Assembly (NCBI GenBank): GCA_951406725.2
Contig: OX597820.1
Coordinates: 93,806,001 to 93,870,000, forward strand
Direction of reading: 5' to 3'
Length of the DNA stretch: 64,000 nt
Source of the DNA: Octopus vulgaris
Taxonomy: Eukaryota
This document shows, in pieces, positions 53,525-64,000 of the stretch. The position numbers and the translations under genes are program-made. Position 1 is the first letter of the stretch, and each line of letters begins with the position of its first letter. Below the pieces are notes generated by a model. It saw only the letters and a list, made by a program, of their open reading frames with translations, ran no database searches and was not told the origin of the DNA.

Positions 53525-53738
53525 GTGCGTGTGTGTGTGTGTGTGGAAAACGCCCACATTGAAGTCTTGTTCGTTGTATCCTTGTTATATCCACGCTTAA
53601 AAAATATACCACCGTATCCTTTGATCTAAACTGCTTTAGAATTTATATCATTAGTCAATTATTTACTTCATCATATGTATACACACACCACTCTGAAATA
53701 CACATACACACATATATATTAACACGCTTTCTCTTTCT

Positions 53739-53798
<60 letters not shown>

Positions 53799-54810
53799 CA
53801 CACACACACTCACATACATGTATACAAGCACGCGTACATATGCATAAATAACAGTACAATGTACAAACGAACAATGGTTAAAAAGGAACTCAGCCCAGTA
53901 GGTAAAGTAGTATCTCAGTAAATGAAAAAAATACGTTTGTCTATTTGCGTAGTAAGGTGAAAAGGACCTGTGAGCAATGATGTATCGAAAGAAAGGTCGT
54001 TACCTATACCAGCCTCCCACATACAGTCTGTTATCACGAGTCTGGATCTAATTCCAATATGGCTAATTTCGATCTGAAGTTGAACTCTCTTAGTATGTTT
54101 TTGATTTTTCTTCTGGCGATATCTATGAAAACTGGTAAACTGAATCTAGTAGAGCTTGTTCGGTGCCGGTAAGCTCGGTTACTGTAAAACTCGAGGTTCT
54201 GTAACCCTTTGAAATCTTTTGGCTGTTTCTTTATGTGAGCTGAAGCAATATGCACTAATGTACGGCCCGAAAGGAATAAAAAAAAAAAGAAATTAGAAAC
54301 ATATCACAGCCGGAGGTTTGAACTCATGACCCAGGTTTTGAAGACATTATCCAAACGGCCAACTTGTTGAGGACACACACACGAGCTACGAGCCAACGAA
54401 GATATATCTGCATGGTCGTTTAGCATGCTTGAAGATGTAGCTAAATTCTTCGATCTCGGTCTATTAGTTAAAAACACAAAAGCAACATTGAAGAATGCAG
54501 TCCAAGATACAGAAGAATGATGGGATAGTCGAGGCTAAAATGCTTTCGATCTTACGATGTGGATTGTCCTGAAACTCAACATCGACCATAACAGCAATTA
54601 CAACAATAACAGAGGCACGTTACTTGAAATAGTGAGTTGAGCCATGATTTAAATCTTAAGAGTTATAGTGATTTTAATATAAGATTTGGGATATGAAAGT
54701 ATCTAATACGTACGTTTGTTTGTGTGTGTGTAAATGTGTGTGTGTGCTTGCTTATTATGCCTACTTGCATGGGTATGAGTAAAACAGCTATATGTCCAAG
54801 TTGTGGGTTT

Positions 54811-54845
<35 letters not shown>

Positions 54846-55260
54846 TAGATAGATAGATATAGATATATATTTATCCATATGTATGTATATCTATTTATTT
54901 ACATATACAACATGCATGTATATATGTTTGTGTTAGTAATTCGTCACCAGACTTAATGGAACCGTTATAGAACGAGTATACAATAAAATACACGCATATA
55001 TATATGTATACATGCATGTATGTATGTATGTATGTATGTATGTATATGTGTGTGTACATATATGTATATTTATGTATGTATAATATGTACGTATATATAT
55101 AAATATGTGTGTGTGAGTACATATATGTATATTTATGAATGTATATGTATATACATACACACATATATATATATATACATATATTATATATATATATATA
55201 TGTATATACATATACATATAAATATACATATATGTATTAACTTTTTATATATGTATATGC

Positions 55261-55305
<45 letters not shown>

Positions 55306-55364
55306 CATATACATACATATATACATATATGTATTATATATATATATGTATATGCATATGTGTG

Positions 55365-55427
<63 letters not shown>

Positions 55428-55564
55428 GTATAAGCTCACACAAAATCAATATGAAATATACGTAGCTGTTTTTTTTTCCGTTCAGCATTTTGAAAACATT
55501 GATCGATTCATGAGCTAGATTTTAGGAGACTAAATGCAGAAGTATCAAAAACAGAAAAACCGGG

Positions 55565-55601
<37 letters not shown>

Positions 55602-55969
55602 ACACACATACACACACACGTATACATACACTTTCACACAAACGATACGAAACGACACATGAAAATCAATTGCAGGACGTTGATCAATATATTATCTAAA
55701 TGATGAATTATTGGCTAAAGTATGATTGATTTCCCTTTTATCGAAAGTGGTGGTGGGATGGGGTAGGAGGTTGTGTTTCGTTAATAAGATTACAAGGTCC
55801 TCCTTCTGTATTCGATTACCTTTTAACTGCTAATGTTGAAATCCCCCACTCAGTTTCTGAGAAAAAACATGGAGTCAAGTCTGAGAGTAGATCCGGAATG
55901 GAATTAAAATGCACGCTAAATGTACGTATGATTATAGTGAATACATACATACATACATACATACATACA

Positions 55970-56003
<34 letters not shown>

Positions 56004-56137
56004 CATACAGACAGACATACATACATACATACATACATATACATACATACATACATATACATACATACATACATACATATACATACATACATACATATAC
56101 ATATACATACATACATACATACATATATATATGTATA

Positions 56138-56178
<41 letters not shown>

Positions 56179-56946
56179 GCATGTATATAAACATAAATAT
56201 AGGCATACATATACATATGTATATGCACATACATATATATATATATATCTAAGTTATATATTCATATGTATGTATATATATATACACACATACATGCATA
56301 TATACATGCATATGTGTACATGTACATATAGATATATGCATACACGCATACATACATACATACATACATACATACATACATACATACCCATATGTGTGTG
56401 TTTGTGTGTATGTACATAAATATGCGTATGTGCGCGTTATAGGATCCTTATGAGCACTATCAACTACTACTACTACTACTACTACTACTCAATAATGATG
56501 ATAATGACGGTGATATTAATAATACAGTTACCATAACGACCATCACTTATCAGCACAGAAAGAACCACTTTTACCATTATCGCCAATTAACCCATCATTA
56601 ACCCTACCATCACAATCACCCACCACCACCACCGATATCAAAAAACAAGGTAGCTTTTATGTGGTCGTTAGAGATGCTAGAAATAGTAGTCAAATGTATC
56701 GTCCTAAATGACACCCTACCAATATTTAAAAAAAATAATATAATGTAATATAGCGATGTTCCAGCATGGCCACAGCTTTGGGGCTGAAACGCATCAAAAA
56801 ATAAAAATAATATGTACACCCTATCTCTCATATGTTATTTGCAGATGTGACGTCCATGGCTTGGAGACATTTTGATTGTAGGTCTGAACTGAGCAAAATC
56901 TAACCAAGAACTAAACCACAAAGCGAGAACAACAACAACAACAACA

Positions 56947-57012
<66 letters not shown>

Positions 57013-57397
57013 GCTACTACTACTACTACTACTACTACTACTAGTTGGAATCATCCTTAGTCTGACTACAATGCCATGCTGTGTACCATCAATTTATATT
57101 CATAATCAATACGACCAGAGCCAAGTTACCATTATCAAGGCCATCACCATCCTCAAAAGTATCACTACAACCAATCATCACCAGCAGAAGTATCATTAGC
57201 AGCAGCAGCAGTAGCAGCAACAGCATTCGTTACCGCCAACCCCACCAACAGCAAAACAAATTCATTCATCACCATCACTATCAGTACGTATATTTGTATA
57301 TCGATTTATATCTTGATCTTGTGTGTGTGTACACGGACACACACGCACACATGTAAGTATGTATATAGATATATATATATATATTTATGTATATGTC

Positions 57398-57469
<72 letters not shown>

Positions 57470-58638
57470 AGAGATAGATAGGCAGATAGAGAGAGACAGA
57501 GAAAGGGGGAGGGAGAAAGTGGAATTTAATAAACTAACTTATATTTAAACATTATGAGATTCTTTAGAATATTCTTATGTACAAGGTTCTGTGTACGCGT
57601 GCATGGTTGCATATGTGTATGTGTGTAAGTATGTGTGTATGTATGTATGTATGTATGTATGTATGTATGTATGTATGTATGTATGTATGTATGTATGTAT
57701 GTATGCATGTATGTATGTATGTATGTATGTATGCATGTATGCATGTATGTATGTATGTATGTATGTGTGTGTGCGTGTGTGTATGCATGCGTGCGTATGC
57801 GTGTCAATAGGAAACGAAAATAGGATGTTTTGATATTCATGTCTTACTCAAGAGGTCAGAAGCAGTTATAAACCAACTGAGATGTTTTCAAGTACATATT
57901 GGACCTTTTTCCTGGGTTTTGGTTGATCGGGGAATTTACACCTATATAGTGATTTCTTTTCATTGGCAGAAAACACAGCCAAAGTTTTGGGGGTTAATAA
58001 GCTTACTCCAGAATCACAGGTTTCCTGCTCAATAACACAACGTTACAGCACCTAGCAAGCACCGCTTTCTATCTTAGGGTCGGTTAGTCTAAACATAATG
58101 AGTTAAACTGGGTAAATGGAAACTGTGAATGGTCGAAATATTTTAATTGGTCTTAATAAGTTCACCATTTTGTCCATGAGGTGGTCGACTGACAATAATT
58201 GATAAAGCTCTTAATATTCTAATTTCAAATCTCATTGAGATTACCTTTTTCACTGTCACCTTTCGTCCTTCTGGAATCGATAAAATGAAGTTATAATCAC
58301 ATTCTTCTGTCTGTCTCCCTCAGATTTTTCTATAACATTTGTGATCCATACGAAGAGTCATGTAAAGAAACTAAAGAAAATATTTGCAGCTGATGACTCT
58401 ATCGTGAGGCAGTAAACGACGGCCTAAGGAGTAAGGATTAAGGGATTAGTCCTAGGGTGCCTTTAGCTTAATCTACTCTACTACAGTCATGCGTCTGAAG
58501 TTAGGTAAATCAATAGCTTAATATGAGGATTCCGACTATCTTCAGCAACCTGTGTGTAGTGGGTTCCCTTTCCGCACCATGAGACTTTGAAACCCTACGT
58601 TAGGTCATGGCTGCTGCTGCTGCTCCTCTCTGACTAAG

Positions 58639-58679
<41 letters not shown>

Positions 58680-58819
58680 CTGTGTGTATATACACACATA
58701 TATATGGTTCAAATATGCGAAAATCAGAGGACAGAGACAGATTTGGGAACGAAAAGCAACGATTAACCGGAGATGATTTTTAAAATGAGAATATCTGAAA
58801 TAAATTCAACTTCTCTCAC

Positions 58820-59058
58820 ACACGAGAATACTAAAAATGAACCCGACAGCTCTCAAAAATTAAATAAAAAACAGGAAAAATAATCCAGAATCCTTGTCCG
58901 GTACCGGATCAATCCCCAAGTATAATCAGTTTGTGCCAGTCACTAGGCCAAACATCCCTGAAAGTTTCATCCGGATCCATCCAGCGGTTCTTGAGATATC
59001 CTGTCCACAGACAAACAAACACGACTGAAAACAATACCTCCGCCTTCGCTAAGGCGGG

Positions 59059-59062
<4 letters not shown>
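58820..59062 (+). mobile_element. Helentron/HINE-like non-autonomous element
   Basis: Terminal hairpin acctccgccttcgctaaggcgggggt preceded by a cagacaaacaaac microsatellite and an aagtttcat...gatcc motif; no TSD. Confidence 0.5.
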
Positions 59063-59107
<45 letters not shown>

Positions 59108-59239
59108 TATATACGTATGTATATATCTACTTTCATGTGGTTTCATGAAATAAAATGCCTCCAATCTTAGTGGTTGTTATGGTAATCAAGGAGGTGGTAG
59201 TGGTGCTGCTGATAATGGTGGTAATGATGGGGATAGTCA

Positions 59240-59270
<31 letters not shown>

Positions 59271-59874
59271 GGTGGTGGTGGTGGTGGTGGTGATGGTAGT
59301 TGCAATTGTAGTGGAAGGGGAGCAGTGGTGCTGGTTTAGGAATGGTCTATTAACGTTGAAAGGTTGCACCGGGTGCAAGACTACACAAGTCACTAAAATG
59401 TGTCCCACTATTACTTAAGCAGTGCATTATCAGATGAACTAAACGAAATACAGCAATCTGTTGATGTCATGGTTGCTACTATAGAAATAATGAGAATGAT
59501 AGTGGTGGTGCTACACTGGAGACTACTTAGTCGCTGCCGTTACAGAAGCGGTCTTAGCGATAGTGTTGGTGAAGTGTGCTGGTGCTGGTGCTGGTGCCAG
59601 TAGCGCTTGTAGTTTTGAAAAGGTGGTGGTGGTGGTGGTGGTGGAGAATAGTTGTTAGCTGTTGTTGCTGTTGATTAATTAAGCAAGCGCGAAATGGACT
59701 AACAACAAATATTAAAAAACAAACAAACACATTTTTAAAAAATAAACAACAACAACAACAACAACAACAAAAACAGTACGAACGGCAGAAATGCATCCAT
59801 ACTCTTGCTGATTGCGAAAATCAAATTAAGTATGTCACCGACCGGAAATTGCATTATTCTTAATTCTCTTAATC

Positions 59875-59937
<63 letters not shown>

Positions 59938-60165
59938 TATATATATATATGCATATATATATATATATATGCATATATATGCATACAGGCGTGCACGCAG
60001 ACACACATAGCTCACATACATATGCTTCATTCCTAAGCTAATTAAATAAAAGGAGCTTGTTTAAAATGTGTAGTTCAGCATTTGTGTAGTTAAATATCAT
60101 CATTTATTTTATTTTATTTCTCTTGTTATCCAAATAAATAAAGAAATGCATTAAAACATTAATTC

Positions 60166-60198
<33 letters not shown>

Positions 60199-62300
60199 TA
60201 TTTGAAATGATTGTCATGACAAGAATATTAACAACATTAAGAACAACATAATGCATGAAATAAAATATGCTTTCGAAAATAATAATTACTTGTATGAGAA
60301 TTGAAATTAATTTCTTTAAGAAACAATACGAAATTCTTTCAAAGAAAACACGAGCAATTTTCTAACGAGATGGAATGGTGGGAGCGAGGATGGGAGATGA
60401 GGGTTGTGTTCATTTGGAAGATTAGAAAAAAAATGTTTGAAATTTCAGGACTCATCTCTTCTTATTGTACAAGAAAATTTTATTTTAATTGTTGCTATTG
60501 TTAATGAAGTTGTTATTTTGACCGTCTTTTGCCCTAATCACAGATATTCTAACTGTAATCATAGCGCTCGTTTGTTTGTTGTTATTTTTAGACATAATGC
60601 ACCCAGACTGCATTGTTCAATGTTGCCCTTATTTATAAGAATGCCAAATGTATTTACGAGAGCAAAATTTGAGTCTCATTTCTAACAATCAGAACCAACA
60701 CATAAAGCGGTTTTGCCGACACAGACAAACGTCACCTAAATTTGTAGGTTTCCAATATTTTATTTGATATTTTATGGACCCCGAACAACACAAATTGAAA
60801 TATCGAACTTGAGACAAGACTATATATTATAAAGCTTAATATTAAATAAAAGAAAAAAGGAAGTGAGCTGGCAGAATCGTTAGCACACCGGGTAAAATGC
60901 TTAGCGGCATTTCGTCCGTCTTTATGTTCTGAGTTCAAATTCCGCCGAGGTCAACATTGCCATCTTTTCGGGGTCGATAAAATAAGTACCATTTGAGAAC
61001 TGGATTCGATGTAATCGATTAGGCCCTTCCCCGAACTTGCTGGCCTTTTACCAAAATTTTAAATCAATATTAAATAGAAATAACGATCTTGTTCTGGAAC
61101 AAGAGGAAATCAAAGAGGATAGATACATTGGCCTTCCTTGGGTTTCGATGATGAGCATTCATTTATTCTATCAGCTGAATTTACTCATTGAAATAATATG
61201 TGATACATGCATTCTTGAGCTAATTTCCAAGCCAATATGTAACAAGGACGGCGCTTCGTATAGCAGTTATAATCCACTCGACAGGTTCTATTGACATGAA
61301 GCGTCACCATTTTCACTCATAATGCATAAAATCGATCCGATGCTACGGTAAAATACTTTTGCTTAAGATAAGAGACTCAGAGGTCGAACCCACCACTATC
61401 ACTTACAATTGTGAAGCAAACTTCTTATTAATTGACTAAACCTTCCTCTAAGGTTATTACATCTCAATATTCATGAGAAAAACTGCCGCTTCATTAAGTT
61501 GGGAACTGCATAATATTTTAGATACTAAATATTCTGGGTCGAAAAGCTAGTAAAACACATGTACCTACGTTATATGTGTGGACAGTAAAGAAAAATAAAA
61601 AATTATAATCGAAGTTAGAACAGATCCAGTTGAAGAAGAAAATAAAAGCAATATATATGAAATTAATTGTTCTAATTTCTAAAACAAAAGCTCGCAAAGA
61701 TACGGCAAACTAGAATTTTACGAACATAATGGTTAGTTAAATAAGCAAAATGGACGACATTTTCTTCGATTGCAGTGAGGAATTGTTTGTGAGATGCATT
61801 TTCGAATTTTGTTTAATTCTTTTTTTTTCTTTCTATCATTTGACAATAGATTAATCAAGTTGTTTCATAAACTTCCCTGGCCAATTAACTTCTCAATGAT
61901 ATTGATTATGACTGAGAAACAGGAAATATATTTCTTAAGGGCAAGCAAATAAACAATGCTGTATACTCTGCCAAAAACATGCTCGGTTCTGTTTATATTT
62001 CAGTTTCGGCAGTTTTTCAGTTGCTTTTGTTTTTCTCGAAAATCTTTCATGATCATATTGAACAGCGAAAGCTTTGCATACAATACATATTGCTGATACA
62101 ACTACTAATCAACTAATTGATTTATATTTGCTGAGAGCAACAACATATTTAGAAAACACAGCATTGTTAAATGCAGTCAGCAAAGTAATGAATTGAATGT
62201 AGTGCGGGCATAAAATACGTATGTATGTATGCACGCATGTATATGGATGGATGTCTCACACTATATAAATATATATATATACATAAATATATATACATAC

Positions 62301-62359
<59 letters not shown>

Positions 62360-62704
62360 AATAGATAGATAGATAGATAAATAAACATGCATATATATAT
62401 GTTTGTATACAAGAGACACACACATACACACAGATTTATATTTATATACAACAGACACACACATACACACTTACACATTTCTGCATTTTGAATATGTGAC
62501 CAAGGTTTGCAAAGGCAAAGAGAAGTTCTCAATACTTAAATGTTCAAAGAGAAGAACACTTTATATTCTTTTATAATTTACTTGTTAATAAATCCGATTC
62601 CATATCAGTCCTCCGATTCACAACTTGCTCATACAACTGCTTCAGATATGAGGACCAAACCAAAATGTTACGTGCTGTTGGCAATTTCTTTTCCTTTCTT
62701 CTGT

Positions 62705-62735
62705 ACGACGAAGAGCTATACTCGAAACGTCAAAA
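62705..62735 (+). ncRNA. Degenerate minimal hammerhead-like motif, same family as 48570
   Basis: acgacga-a-gag-ctata-ctc-GAAAC-GTC-aaaa; first core base and stem I are disrupted. Confidence 0.4.
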
Positions 62736-63119
62736 TGTCTTTCGTTTTACTGAGCGTCAAAATAATACATTCCTTGTGCTCGTTCTATTGTATGTTATTG
62801 TTAATTGTATTGTTCGTATATTTGAATTGATATGTGTGTGTGTGTGGTTTTAATGAAGTTGAAAGCTTCACAAACTGTTTCTCAGACATTCATATCACAC
62901 ATCCAATCATCAATGTCATGAGAAATTTAGCTAAATGCTCACGACTCTCTGTTGATCGGTTGCACGTACATCTGTGTGACAGTCTGTGAAGCTTTTTAAC
63001 TTCAATGAAATATTATTTTACTCTGCCTTTGGTATTTGAATACTATTTTTTACATCTACCTTGCTTTGATACACACACACACACACATACATACATACAT
63101 ACATACATACATACATACA

Positions 63120-63150
<31 letters not shown>

Positions 63151-63352
63151 TCTGTCAGTTTTCCTAATTGGAGTAAAACTCTTAAAAGAAAACGATTGTA
63201 CAAAAAAATGCTCAATGGTTTCGAACCGTGTAGCAGATCTTATTTAAGGCTGAATTTTTGTGGGTTTCTGTTAGAAGTTACACGTATCCAATACTAAAAA
63301 AACCCAAGATCGAAAACGTGAAATTCCAGAGATAACTTACAAATAATTCAAC

Positions 63353-63470
63353 CATTGGTAATATATAACGTTGAAAGCACCGGTTCTCGTCCGATCACCG
63401 AACTTAAGCAACGTCGAGGCTAATGAGTACTTAGATGGGTGACCCCTTGAGAAACCTAGGTGTTTTAAGC
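63353..63470 (+). pseudogene. 5S rRNA pseudogene (diverged, 5' end degenerate)
   Basis: acgttgaaagcaccggttctcgtccgatcaccgaacttaagcaacgtcgag...agtacttagatgggtgacc...taagc matches the metazoan 5S rRNA pattern. The first ~10 nt and the 3' helices carry substitutions, and there is no oligo-T terminator. Confidence 0.85.
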
Positions 63471-63486
63471 GTCTCAGACTTTCACA

Positions 63487-63870
63487 GGCGCTAGAGTGGC
63501 TGTGTAGTAAGTAGCTTGATTACCAACTACATGGTTCCGGGTTCAGTCCCACTGCATGGCTCCTTGGGCAAGTATCTTCTACTATAGCCTCGGGCTGACG
63601 AAAGCCTTGTGAGTGGATTTGGTAGGCGGAAACTGAAAGAAGCCCGTCGTATATGTGTGTGTTTGTGTGTGTCTATGTTTGTCTCCCCAACATCATTGAC
63701 AACCGATGCTGGTATGTTTATATCACCGTAACTTAGCGGTTCGGCAAAAGAGACCGATAGAATAAGTACTAGGCTTACAAAGAATAAGTCCTGGGGTCGA
63801 TTTGCTCGACTAAAAGCGGTGTTACAGCGTGGCCGCAGTCAAATGACTGAACCAAGTAAAAGAATAAAAG
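63487..63870 (+). mobile_element. SINE family A, full length
   Basis: Near-identical to 1475-1895; starts 16 bp downstream of the 5S pseudogene. Confidence 0.8.
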
Positions 63871-64000
63871 GGTAGCGAGTTATTTTGAGTAACGACGGAG
63901 TGAATCAGTGGTTAGGATCGAATATACTCAGTCTTATATATATCGAATAATTTTTCAACAATTTTTAAATTCAGACATTAGGTGTATGGACACCTCATGA

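Noticed and set aside
54034-54255. 73-aa minus ORF with normal composition
   Set aside because: No recognisable domain or splice support; possibly a decayed retroelement fragment.
56836-56903. Apparent exon after ttatttgcag
   Set aside because: It resembles a dispersed degenerate repeat also seen near 30790, 31140 and 54520, and has no good donor.

Overview
AT-rich eukaryotic DNA dense in microsatellites. The repeat families resemble those I associate with Octopus (coleoid cephalopod) genomes; this is recognition from memory, not a database result. Almost every supplied ORF is a microsatellite or low-complexity artefact. Supported content: many tRNA-derived SINE copies of several families, MITEs (Tc1/mariner/pogo-like, piggyBac-like, Helentron-like), LINE remnants (RTE, Tx1-like), a diverged 5S rRNA pseudogene, and a possible chain of small + strand exons separated by long introns. 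Two signals stand out. (1) Type I hammerhead ribozymes: two have intact cores (29107-29197 +, 35085-35162 -) and three are minimal or degenerate. The first sits in a perfect 102-bp fold-back element with nested hairpins inserted in (TA)n, a Penelope-like architecture. (2) A SINE subfamily lacks a poly-A tail, has a 3' end resembling a Tx1-like LINE tail, makes 17-19-bp target-site duplications (TSDs), and repeatedly joins at a GGTA site inside its own body, producing 184-bp head-to-tail arrays.
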